From positions 1-43,005 of IMG/VR virus record IMGVR_UViG_3300028072_000005: a stretch of 43,005 nt of DNA. One strand, written 5' to 3'. The stretch's first letter is position 1, and the number at the start of each line of letters is the position of its first letter. The position numbers and the translations under genes are program-made. Under the pieces are notes generated by a model that did no database searches, was not told the DNA's origin, and saw nothing but the letters and a program-made list of their open reading frames with translations. Shown piece after piece: positions 17,893 to 26,140 of this stretch. This DNA comes from a virus (lineage: Duplodnaviria; Caudoviricetes).

Positions 17893-18084
17893 CCCCAATG
17901 CTACCTATTGCGGCGGTTAAAAATTAACCCCTAGAGTTTCGCAAGCGAGAGTTTGTCGCCGTTTTTCTCGAGTAGTCCGTTTTTGTTGAGCATGGACAGG
18001 TTGTTAGCGTAGGATCCCGATCGCGGAGATTGATCGACGTGTTATTAGAACGTGGCGAAGCAACCCGGATCCAGCTTGCAACCC

Positions 18085-18315
18085 TTACCGGTCAATTACC
18101 AGCTTGTAGGACGTTCGCAAACCCCACCAAACGCCGACGGGATCGATCGCTACGAAAGGCAAATTGTGCTCGAGCATTTCCTCGGCGAGTACGGTTGCGG
18201 CTACGGTTTTGCCGGATCCGCGGATCCCGATCAATGCAGTTGTATGCACCTGATAATCGAGCGGCACGGAGAATTCCCGGCCGCTTTCCAGCTTGCCTAG
18301 TTTTAACGTTCCCAT
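18085..18315 (-). pseudogene. Truncated HerA/DUF87-like ATPase (N-terminal 76 aa)
   Basis: HTTALIGIRGSGKT Walker A and IDPVGVWWGLR, then a stop; no Walker B. Confidence 0.7.
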
Positions 18316-18437
18316 GCGGTTTGTCTTTTCTCCGGAATAATCGCGACGCCGGCGGCACTATCCTCGCCCGAGTTTCATACCGCCGGCATCTCCCTTCCGC
18401 TCTCGGTTTCCGGGCCGTGATCCGGAAGGGATCTCGT

Positions 18438-18953
18438 TTAGTTCAAAGCCAATTCTTTTTGCGCTTGTTCCCAAAAGAGCCAAACGTTATGTCCGAAATG
18501 GATCCGCGCAAACCGGATCGTCTGATCGGATACAGACATACGCGCAACAAAAGTTAGCCGCACGTATTCTTTCGTTTTGCCGGTTCCGGTTTCTTGGATC
18601 AAATCGAGAGTTACTTTCTCGATTCCCGCGGCTTCGATTTTGAGCGATTTATCGTCGCCGTCGGGCGCGCAAGCAAACTCGCACAAATGCGGTCGGAGCT
18701 CTTTGATCATCGCGCGCTTCATATCGCACTCGAGCAACGCATCCCATGACTTCCGCACTTTCCGCGGTACATACTTTTTGTGCTCATCGGAAAGCGGAAG
18801 AGAAATCTTGTAGAGAATAAAGCCGTTATCTTCCTTATCCCGTTCTAGGGTTGCGTCGACGAAGTTTACGAGCGCAAACCCGTTTTGCACTTGCGCCGGT
18901 ATTTCAACCGGCGGCATCTCGTTTGTGAGTATTTCTTGCTGCGATTTGGTCAT
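18438..18953 (-). CDS. Hypothetical protein
   Basis: ATG 18953 with AAGGA RBS and ATGA overlap. Confidence 0.7.
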   Translation of the reverse strand: MTKSQQEILTNEMPPVEIPAQVQNGFALVNFVDATLERDKEDNGFILYKISLPLSDEHKKYVPRKVRKSWDALLECDMKRAMIKELRPHLCEFACAPDGDDKSLKIEAAGIEKVTLDLIQETGTGKTKEYVRLTFVARMSVSDQTIRFARIHFGHNVWLFWEQAQKELALN

Positions 18954-19210
18954 GCGGTTGTTTCCTTTCGGTTTAGGATTTTTAGAACATTGGGAATTAC
19001 AGCAACGCCTAGAAGTTTCACGCGCCGGCCCTCGAGGCGTACCGGCGGATCCGGGCGATCCTGGCGCGGCCGGCCATGAGGAAGCGGATCGCGGCCGCGG
19101 AAACGGCGCATCCAAGCCGCGGCGTAGCCCGGATGCCGTTTGCGCCATTCGCGCATATAGTTAGGGTTGCGGCGGCGCCACTGGCGCTCAACTCGTCTCG
19201 ACGAGAACAT
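18950..19210 (-). CDS. Hypothetical basic protein
   Basis: Arg/Trp-rich (YMREWRKRHP); TAATG overlap. Confidence 0.55.
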   Translation of the reverse strand: MFSSRRVERQWRRRNPNYMREWRKRHPGYAAAWMRRFRGRDPLPHGRPRQDRPDPPVRLEGRRVKLLGVAVIPNVLKILNRKETTA

Positions 19211-19902
19211 TATTTCCGCCGGAACGCTTCTTGATCATCCTGATACGCCGTTACGCCGTCAATGCCGTGCTTTTCGCCGAGAGCCTGTACGACTTTCCGG
19301 ATCTTCGACTCGTCGATTATCTTGTACTCGACCGGAACCTTGTCGGGATCGTCGATACGGAATAACCACCGCTTCCGGAGAGTTGTTCCGGCTTGCTTCG
19401 TTACGCTGGATTGGACAACAACGGCCGGCGGCGGCGCCTTCGCGGCTTGCTCGAGGATTTGCTCGGCCGCTTCGTGCTCGTCTTGCGCGGCTAAGGCTTG
19501 AGCATCGGCCAATGCTTGCTCGTCGGCCGCTTTCTTGGCAATCTCCCGTTGGCGCCTTTCTTCCTCGCGATCCTCGCGATCTTTCTTCGCGCGGTAATCC
19601 TTGCGCTTGCCGGCAATAATCTCTCTTACCTTGCCGTAGGGATTTTTTAAGAAAGCAACGCGGGAAGTGATCGATCGGTGCAACTGGAAAGCCAACGTTT
19701 TTGGCTCTTCGAAAAACGTGTCGATCGTATTCTCGCCGTCTATCGCGATATTTACGAGCGCCAAGCTTCCGACGTAATCATCCTCATTTTCGATTGTGAA
19801 TTCCTCGGCTTGTTTTAGAAGCGTCGGAGACTTCATTTGCAAGTCGGCGAGTTGTGCCTCGTCGACTTTGATTTGCGGTACAACGATTGCGGTAGAGCCC
19901 AT
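19210..19902 (-). CDS. Coiled-coil protein of the recombination module
   Basis: GGAGG RBS; long helix followed by W.F.I.D...VP.EY..IDE.KI...V......I.GV. Confidence 0.7.
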   Translation of the reverse strand: MGSTAIVVPQIKVDEAQLADLQMKSPTLLKQAEEFTIENEDDYVGSLALVNIAIDGENTIDTFFEEPKTLAFQLHRSITSRVAFLKNPYGKVREIIAGKRKDYRAKKDREDREEERRQREIAKKAADEQALADAQALAAQDEHEAAEQILEQAAKAPPPAVVVQSSVTKQAGTTLRKRWLFRIDDPDKVPVEYKIIDESKIRKVVQALGEKHGIDGVTAYQDDQEAFRRK

Positions 19903-19907
19903 CGCGG

Positions 19908-20564
19908 TTATTCCTCCGTTAGCGGTCGATTGTGCTGCAACTTCCAATGCGTGAGCCCTAGAGCCCACGTAAAGACCTCAAAATCTTTGCGATCTTCAAA
20001 TTGCTTCATTCGCGGCATAGAGCCGTCCGGCTTGAGTTGTACGACGTAGCGATCGCGTAGCGCGAAGCGAGCGATCGGCGAGCTCAAAGCCATATCCGGG
20101 CCCCGATAACCGGCGGCGTAGCCGGCAAGCTGTATTCCGTGCCAATCCTGAATTTGTGCCGAGATCTTGATCTCTACGATCGCCGGCCGTTTCGCTACAA
20201 GCCCGTAGCGATCGAGTTTCATGCCGAAAGGCATGCCATTGACGGCGCCGATTTGCTGGAATTCGATCGCCAACGCCTCGAATTTCATGTGCCGGCGCCA
20301 GGTGATCCATGATTCGAGATAGCCGCGAACCTCGTCGGAAACGTACCGCGGATCGAGATCCGCCTCGTCGTGGTAATGCGCAGCGTCATGCACGGCGCGC
20401 CCGAGTTGCGATTTGCGCTCGAGGATATCCGACTTTATGTTTTCGTAGGAAGTGAGCCCGGAATGATCTATTACCCGAGTACAGCCGGGAAGCGTTTTGC
20501 TCCCCTGGCTGTAAACGTGAGTAGACTCGTTGAAAGTAAATGCGCTGGCCGTGCCGGAAATCAC
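19908..20564 (-). CDS. PD-(D/E)XK nuclease (Cas4-like exonuclease)
   Basis: H.Y, GRAVH, E, G.LDR, IVEIK, QLAGY motifs. Confidence 0.82.
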   Translation of the reverse strand: MISGTASAFTFNESTHVYSQGSKTLPGCTRVIDHSGLTSYENIKSDILERKSQLGRAVHDAAHYHDEADLDPRYVSDEVRGYLESWITWRRHMKFEALAIEFQQIGAVNGMPFGMKLDRYGLVAKRPAIVEIKISAQIQDWHGIQLAGYAAGYRGPDMALSSPIARFALRDRYVVQLKPDGSMPRMKQFEDRKDFEVFTWALGLTHWKLQHNRPLTEE

Positions 20565-21574
20565 GGTTTTTTAGCCTCGATCAAATGCTTTTGTGCGGCT
20601 TCGAGTTGCGACTTGCGAAGCGCCGTTACATTATCGACGCCGAACCTTTCTTGCAAGAGTTTTTTAACTTCAACTTTTGCAAGCCCGCGATTCATGCCGA
20701 TTGACCAAACTTGTTGCACTTCGGCGGCGTCTAGGAAAGGATCATCGTCTTTTTTTGCCGCGGGCGCCGGCGCTTCCTTGCCGGCCGCTTCGGTTTCGCT
20801 CTTGCGTTTTGGGTGTTTAACTTCCTCGCCGAAGATCTCGGCAACGCTTGTCTCGCCGGCTTTGATCGCGTTTCCTATCCCGATCAGCGTAATCAAGTGA
20901 TCGGAATTCATATCCTCGAGCCCGCCGATCTCGAGGTATTCAAAGATGCGCTTGCGCGGCACTTTGATTTTCTCAAACGCCAACAACGTTGCCTCGCGCT
21001 TTACGGAAAAGGTTTTCTCATCGCCGCGCGCGACTTTGCGAGCCGCTTCGTACAGCGGGATCCAAAGCACTTTCGGAACAACGCGGAAAACCGTGTTACG
21101 GAAGGCAATCGAGGATGCGGCGTTTCCCGTAACCCCGATCATATCCGAATCAAATCGCTGCCCGTTTTTGTTGGTGATCCGGCGCTTTACTTCGAAAGTT
21201 ACGGCCAGGTTGTTTTCGAGATCATGGCAAACGCCTTGCGCGACTACGAAATCCGCCTCTTCGGCGACGATCCGGGCGCCGCAACGGAGATTTCCATAAC
21301 TGGCGGCAACGATCTCAGCGAGCCGAACGCTAGGCCCTTCGATACTCTTGCCGGCCCTAGGGATCACATAAAAGCACTCTTCGGCAACTGCCTTGTCCAG
21401 CATGAGCATCGTCATTGCCTTGTCGCGATACTTCGTCAAGCTGCGAGGATAGGCATGTGCGGTTGAAATTTGCGTATCGATCTCGGCCCGCGCCATAACG
21501 GCCAAAGCGCCGCCGTTATTTTGCAATTCTGTGATTTCGTAGCTTTGTTGCGTTTCCTTTTCCTGATCAGTCAT
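20561..21574 (-). CDS. Putative ssDNA-annealing/recombination protein
   Basis: AEID.QI.TA..YPR, IEGPSVRLAE, AFRN; adjacent to the exonuclease. Confidence 0.6.
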   Translation of the reverse strand: MTDQEKETQQSYEITELQNNGGALAVMARAEIDTQISTAHAYPRSLTKYRDKAMTMLMLDKAVAEECFYVIPRAGKSIEGPSVRLAEIVAASYGNLRCGARIVAEEADFVVAQGVCHDLENNLAVTFEVKRRITNKNGQRFDSDMIGVTGNAASSIAFRNTVFRVVPKVLWIPLYEAARKVARGDEKTFSVKREATLLAFEKIKVPRKRIFEYLEIGGLEDMNSDHLITLIGIGNAIKAGETSVAEIFGEEVKHPKRKSETEAAGKEAPAPAAKKDDDPFLDAAEVQQVWSIGMNRGLAKVEVKKLLQERFGVDNVTALRKSQLEAAQKHLIEAKKP

Positions 21575-21833
21575 TTGCGGTTAGTCCTTTACGGTTAGAT
21601 TTTGGTGCGGGTTGCGGATTCTCACGCGCGGCGCCTCTTTTTGCAACATAAAACGCCGTTCGCGAAAGGCAAATCTTCGAAATGATTCGCTCTCGGGAAA
21701 TCTCATCGTCGTAAACGCCAAGCGTTGAGCACGTTTCCGGATCATTGAACCAATGAAGCAACCGGCCGGCCGAGCCTGGCGAGCTCTCGAGGTAGACAAG
21801 CCCTAACGATTGAATTAGATCCCGCGGGCTCAT
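21567..21833 (-). CDS. Hypothetical protein
   Basis: ATG 21833 with ATGA overlap. Confidence 0.55.
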   Translation of the reverse strand: MSPRDLIQSLGLVYLESSPGSAGRLLHWFNDPETCSTLGVYDDEISRERIISKICLSRTAFYVAKRGAARENPQPAPKSNRKGLTAND

Positions 21834-21964
21834 CGCCACGGCATCCGTGAGAGGAAGTAAGCGACGATCCCTTTTCCGATGATCGCTCCGGAGATCCCGC
21901 AAAGGATCACGAAGCCGATCACGTACAAACGGAAATGCAGATTTTGTTTTGACTCTTCGCTCAT
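21830..21964 (-). CDS. Small single-TM protein
   Basis: MSEESKQ... followed by a hydrophobic helix; coupled. Confidence 0.55.
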   Translation of the reverse strand: MSEESKQNLHFRLYVIGFVILCGISGAIIGKGIVAYFLSRMPWR

Positions 21965-22089
21965 TGGCTTTTCCCTTTGTGGCGCGGGCAATACGAGCCG
22001 TCTCCGGTGCGCCACAAGCAACGCGGAAACGGGCAGTATTTTTCAGGATGCCGGATTTTGTTAAGTGCAACTTTGGCGGCTACGCTCAT
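21961..22089 (-). CDS. 42-aa Cys/His mini-protein (not in ORF track)
   Basis: MSVAAKVALNKIRHPEKYCPFPRCLWRTGDGSYCPRH; fills the gap exactly. Confidence 0.55.
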   Translation of the reverse strand: MSVAAKVALNKIRHPEKYCPFPRCLWRTGDGSYCPRHKGKSQ

Positions 22090-22090
22090 T

Positions 22091-22309
22091 TCAACCCCAA
22101 ATCTTGAAAGCGAGCGCGATCAATGCGCCGCCGAGGAATACGATCGCCAGGAATAGACGAAGCGGGCCGCGGTAATTGATCGGCCGCTTCAATAACGGAA
22201 CGTCGGGAATTAGGATCCGGCCGTCGCCATTGCACTTTGAGCAAAGGATCCGGCCGGGCAGGTAATGCGCGCCGTTGCAATCCGGGCAAATTACAGCGTA
22301 AACGTTCAT
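22091..22309 (-). CDS. DnaJ-type Zn finger with C-terminal TM
   Basis: CPDCNG...CSKCNGDG followed by a hydrophobic tail. Confidence 0.65.
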   Translation of the reverse strand: MNVYAVICPDCNGAHYLPGRILCSKCNGDGRILIPDVPLLKRPINYRGPLRLFLAIVFLGGALIALAFKIWG

Positions 22310-22476
22310 GCCGGATCGCCTCGCAACCCGTAGTGCTTTTCTACAATCAACTCGAGTTGCCCGGCAAGGCTCCGTTTTTCGATCGACGCCTCTTTTTGCA
22401 AGGCTTCCAAAGTGAGCGGATCTAGCCGAACCTGTACGGCGATTTTGGCCACTTTCTTTTGCTTCGGTGTTTTCAC
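22306..22476 (-). CDS. Arc/ribbon-helix-helix DNA-binding protein
   Basis: VQVRLD....L...A..EKRSL..QL..I; GTG start with GAAGGGGG RBS. Confidence 0.78.
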   Translation of the reverse strand: MKTPKQKKVAKIAVQVRLDPLTLEALQKEASIEKRSLAGQLELIVEKHYGLRGDPA

Positions 22477-22495
22477 GTTTCCCCCTTCGCCTAGG

Positions 22496-22540
22496 AGCAT
22501 AAAACAAACTCTTGCAACTTGCAAGAGTTTATTGTATATT
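22496..22540. promoter_or_regulatory. Overlapping divergent sigma70-like promoters on a perfect 25-bp palindrome
   Basis: AAACTCTTGCAA-C-TTGCAAGAGTTT (22506-22530). Rightward TTGCAA-17-TATATT; leftward TTGCAA-17-TATGCT. Confidence 0.8.
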
Positions 22541-22592
22541 CTTTCCATGCCCGGCAACCGGGCAAATCACTTTCCGGAGAATAGGGGATCTT

Positions 22593-22940
22593 ATGAAATT
22601 CAAAGCGCCGTATCGAATCGAAGCGACAAGGGATCGGAAGAATAAAATTTGGAAGCTTTTCAGCATGCGCGGTAGAAACTACAATTTCATGCACTCGGCG
22701 CTTTTGTTTCTCGGCGGCCCAACGTACAACATGCCAAACGAAGTCGGATACATTTCGGCCGGCGGCGATAGTTTCACGATTTCCAATCTCGGCGGGATCG
22801 GGAAGCCTGGCGATCATTTCTCTTTTTCTTATCCCGCCTCGAATCTTTCCGGTGTCGAAGTCATTCGGCATAGCGAGTGCCATTCGCCGGCCAATCCTTG
22901 CCGGCCAGATTGTTCCGGCTATCGTAAGGCGGTGCGCTAA
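22593..22940 (+). CDS. Hypothetical protein (first gene of rightward operon)
   Basis: AGGGG RBS followed by ATG 22593. Confidence 0.65.
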   Translation: MKFKAPYRIEATRDRKNKIWKLFSMRGRNYNFMHSALLFLGGPTYNMPNEVGYISAGGDSFTISNLGGIGKPGDHFSFSYPASNLSGVEVIRHSECHSPANPCRPDCSGYRKAVR

Positions 22941-23491
22941 TGTCTAACTTATTCGATCGCACGATCGGCGCTCTTCACGGCTTGCCGGATATCGCAACCG
23001 TCAAGCCGGCAACTCTCCGGATCGTTGTTCCCATGACCGGCGATTCCCAAGTTTTCATCGTTCAAACGTTCCGGCAACGCGAGGTAGGCGATACAATCTT
23101 CCTCGAGACTATTTCGGCCGAAGGCGCGCCGGTTAGGATCGCGATCCCGCCGGCGGTTTCGGATGCGATCGCCAGGCAACGCGAAGCTTTGACCGGGAAG
23201 AGCCGGAGCAAAGCGGCAAAGGCTAACGCGCAAGCCCGGAAGGATCGCGGCGAGTTGCCCGGATTTATGAAAGGGGCGCGCGAGATTGTCTATCTTTTTA
23301 ACGGCGCTCTTTTAGATAAAGACGGAGAAAGCGCGATGCCAATCCCCCGCTTGTTCCATTCCGTCGAAGAGGCGCAAAAGTACGTCGACGGCATTGATCC
23401 GGAAAAAGAGTTTAATTTGCGCGTCGTTAAGGCGCGCCGAGTCGGGGATACTCTGATCCCAGTCAGCAAGAAGAAAGGCGGCCGAGCATGA
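22940..23491 (+). CDS. Hypothetical protein
   Basis: TAATG overlap. Confidence 0.7.
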   Translation: MSNLFDRTIGALHGLPDIATVKPATLRIVVPMTGDSQVFIVQTFRQREVGDTIFLETISAEGAPVRIAIPPAVSDAIARQREALTGKSRSKAAKANAQARKDRGELPGFMKGAREIVYLFNGALLDKDGESAMPIPRLFHSVEEAQKYVDGIDPEKEFNLRVVKARRVGDTLIPVSKKKGGRA

Positions 23492-23874
23492 GCCGCGAAT
23501 TTGGCAAACCTCTAACGGATCGGCAAGTCGCCGCGGCGCTCGATCGGTTCTCCCAAAATATGCGCCTGGCCGTCGTCATGCAAACCCATGAAGATTACTT
23601 GATAAACGTACTTTTGAACGACGGCCGGTTTTATACCTTTTGTACCGAAATGTGGCCCGAGCACGGTTGCGCGATCAACGCCAACGGCGACGGCCCTACC
23701 AACTGGCCGCGGGCGATCCGCCGAGCCGAGCTCGAGGCGTTAGATCTAGGCCGCCGCGGCGCCTCTACATGGGGATTAGACGCGATCCCCGAAACCGAAG
23801 AGCAATTTATAAAGGCGATCGACTTTGTTTGCGGGCATGCCTCGGATGAAACGTTCCGGCGGTTTGTGCGATGA
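23488..23874 (+). CDS. Hypothetical protein
   Basis: ATGA overlap. Confidence 0.65.
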   Translation: MSREFGKPLTDRQVAAALDRFSQNMRLAVVMQTHEDYLINVLLNDGRFYTFCTEMWPEHGCAINANGDGPTNWPRAIRRAELEALDLGRRGASTWGLDAIPETEEQFIKAIDFVCGHASDETFRRFVR

Positions 23875-23951
23875 GATTCGCCAAGCCGCCTCGTTGGTTC
23901 TACCTGGCATTTCTTGCCTTGCTCGCTTTGGTGATCTACCTATCCCTATGA
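23871..23951 (+). CDS. 26-aa hydrophobic peptide (not in ORF track)
   Basis: MRFAKPPRWFYLAFLALLALVIYLSL; ATGA overlaps at both ends. Confidence 0.55.
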   Translation: MRFAKPPRWFYLAFLALLALVIYLSL

Positions 23952-24208
23952 GCGAAGCCCTTTGCCTTTGGATCCCTTGCAAGCCGGCCGATAAAGCCGG
24001 CTTGGAGCCGATACACGTTCCGTTGATCGCTCTCGACGGTTGCAACGACTCTCGTTGGAAGTGTCCGTATTGTGGCGCCCTAGGGCATCGCCGGCGGCCG
24101 ATGCGGCAACATATGGGGTTAGTTATGAATATCCCGGCAACCTGCCCGGTATTGACGGCGCAAGATGAAAAGCGCCGCGCCGATCGTCAGAGCTCCGCGC
24201 GACTCTGA
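23948..24208 (+). CDS. C2H2/C2HC-like Zn-finger protein
   Basis: WKCPYC.........MRQHM...C. Confidence 0.55.
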   Translation: MSEALCLWIPCKPADKAGLEPIHVPLIALDGCNDSRWKCPYCGALGHRRRPMRQHMGLVMNIPATCPVLTAQDEKRRADRQSSARL

Positions 24209-24462
24209 GATCCGGTTTTCGCTAATACGCTCGAGACAAGTTTTTTGACGGCGGATAGGCTCACATTCATTTCGCCGGCGATCTCTTTGTTTGACAATTC
24301 CTTGCGTACCATTTCTAGCGCGCTCTTTTCTTGCCGAGTAAACCGGATCCCGCTCTCTACGACTTTCGCGAATTCGAAAACGTCGGGGGAAACTTCCATT
24401 TCAATGTGCAAAATGATTTTGCCGTCGACGATACGCGCCTCGGCCGAAAGTATTTTTTGCAT
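24187..24462 (-). CDS. LuxR-type HTH transcriptional regulator
   Basis: FTRQE..AL......SNKEIA..MNVS...VK..VS.VL.K.....R.EL. Confidence 0.82.
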   Translation of the reverse strand: MQKILSAEARIVDGKIILHIEMEVSPDVFEFAKVVESGIRFTRQEKSALEMVRKELSNKEIAGEMNVSLSAVKKLVSSVLAKTGSQSRAEL

Positions 24463-24479
24463 GAGCGGGATTATGCCAT

Positions 24480-24517
24480 AAAAGCCGAACGCCGCACCCC
24501 TCGAGAGGCGCGGCGTC
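24480..24517 (-). terminator. Possible terminator at the end of the lysis operon
   Basis: GC hairpin ACGCCGCGCC/GGTGCGGCGT followed by TCGGCTTTT on the minus strand. Confidence 0.45.
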
Positions 24518-24603
24518 TGTGATCTGCAACCTTTCTTGCGCCTCATACAAGGCTAACTCGCAAGATCGGCCGGCTACTGCATCCGCATCGGCTATTTGAG
24601 TTT

Positions 24604-24945
24604 TTATCCCTTTGGCGCCGCGTTCGGATCCGCCGCGGCTTCGGCCGCCGTCTCCGCGGATAGGCCGTCGCTGATCGTTTGAGCCTTCGCTAACATCGCG
24701 TTTAGTTCCGCGGCGTCAACGGTGACAGTGCCCGCGGTTTGCCCGCCGAGCAATTTCTCAAAATCAGCGATCAGAATATCGGAAACTTGTTTCGCCTTCG
24801 CTTGATTTGCGATGATCTCGTCGAGTTTATCCTCGAGCGGTTGAAGCGGATTAGGTGTCGCCATGAAAACCCCTTTCAAAACGTAAAAACTGATCGCGAT
24901 TGCGATTATCCATAACGGTACGACAATTTCAACCAATTTCGTCAT
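24604..24945 (-). CDS. Membrane-anchored helical protein
   Basis: N-terminal TM followed by a coiled-coil; alternative start at 24864. Confidence 0.6.
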   Translation of the reverse strand: MTKLVEIVVPLWIIAIAISFYVLKGVFMATPNPLQPLEDKLDEIIANQAKAKQVSDILIADFEKLLGGQTAGTVTVDAAELNAMLAKAQTISDGLSAETAAEAAADPNAAPKG

Positions 24946-26060
24946 GGCACGGATACTACCGCCTCGTTAGAGTACAGGCTCTCGGAAGGCGAAGCATAGA
25001 TCGCTGGATCGCCAAGAGCCGTCGCAACATAGAAAAACGTACCGGCGCCGATGCTCGTATCGATAAAAGGCGAAGCCGCGATCGCGGCCGCATTCAATTT
25101 TGCATACGGGCCGCCGCTCGCCGTTCCACGATAGATGTTGTAGCCGATTACCGCGGCCGAAGTCGACGGATCCCACGTTAATTTGATCGAGCTCGAAGCG
25201 CCGCCGGCCGGCGTGAAGGAAAACCAATTCGATTGCAAGCCGCCAGTTGCTAAGGCGTCGACTACCATACGCACGGTTTGAGTGCCCGCGGGAAGCGTTA
25301 CGCTCTTGCCCGAGGCGGCGCCGACGGTAGTCCATTGCGTAGCGTTCAAGATATTCAACGGGCCGGAAATATCCGTTCCGATCGGGTACTCAAAATGGAT
25401 TGTTGAGGTTCCCGTACCGGTAGGGAAATTGCAAAGCCTGGCCGAAACGGTATAGACGCCGGCGGCCGGCACGGTTACGTGATAATCGTAAGTTTGCCCG
25501 ACTTGACTTGAGACAAGCTTAGATCCGCCTCCGGTATCTTGAGTCGGTTGAACATTAAGCGGGCCGCTTGAAACCGCTACGCTCTCGGCTTCAACTTTGA
25601 TCGGCGTTGCGGGCGAAACGACGGTAATTGCCGCGGATCCGCTTTTCGTCGAATCTTGAACGCTATGCGCCGTTACGGTGACAGTGCCGGCCGCCGTCGG
25701 CGCCGTGAGCACGCCGGCGCTTGAAATTGTTCCCGAGCTCGAGCTCCACGTTACGGCCAGGTTTGCGGCGTTAGTTACTTGCGCCGTGCATGTGACAGTG
25801 GCGCCAGGCGCAACGCTTGTCGGCGTGCACGTAACGCTAACCCCGACCGGCAAAGATGCCGGGCATCCGGTAACTGTGATCACGGCGCCGGCTAAAGTCG
25901 CGACGCATCCGCTTGGAAGCCCGTTGATCGTTATCGTTGCATTGTAGTTTGCCGTGCCGCTGTACGGAACGGATCCGGAGAGAATCACGCTTTGTTGCGA
26001 GGTTGCGATTTGCGCGAAGGCGCCCAAAAGTAAAAATAGGCCGAGAGCGAATTTTCTCAT
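24942..26060 (-). CDS. Secreted Ig-like + CBM6/35-like + FN3 protein
   Basis: Signal peptide; N..VTWS (Ig), VEAES...GVYTVSAR...TLPAG (CBM), LTWD...GYNIYR...YVATA...ES..SNE (FN3). Confidence 0.8.
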   Translation of the reverse strand: MRKFALGLFLLLGAFAQIATSQQSVILSGSVPYSGTANYNATITINGLPSGCVATLAGAVITVTGCPASLPVGVSVTCTPTSVAPGATVTCTAQVTNAANLAVTWSSSSGTISSAGVLTAPTAAGTVTVTAHSVQDSTKSGSAAITVVSPATPIKVEAESVAVSSGPLNVQPTQDTGGGSKLVSSQVGQTYDYHVTVPAAGVYTVSARLCNFPTGTGTSTIHFEYPIGTDISGPLNILNATQWTTVGAASGKSVTLPAGTQTVRMVVDALATGGLQSNWFSFTPAGGASSSIKLTWDPSTSAAVIGYNIYRGTASGGPYAKLNAAAIAASPFIDTSIGAGTFFYVATALGDPAIYASPSESLYSNEAVVSVP

Positions 26061-26140
26061 TTTATTTTTTTAGGCGGCCCGACCGCAAGGCGAGCCGCCT
26101 TCCCGTTTCCTCTACCGCAATTAACCGCGGGGGAATCGTA

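Noticed and set aside
19908-20564. Cas4-like nuclease as part of a CRISPR system
   Set aside because: No array or other cas genes; the context is a recombination module.
26071-26101. Hairpin after the endolysin as a terminator
   Set aside because: It is followed by an A-run, not a U-run, on the coding strand.
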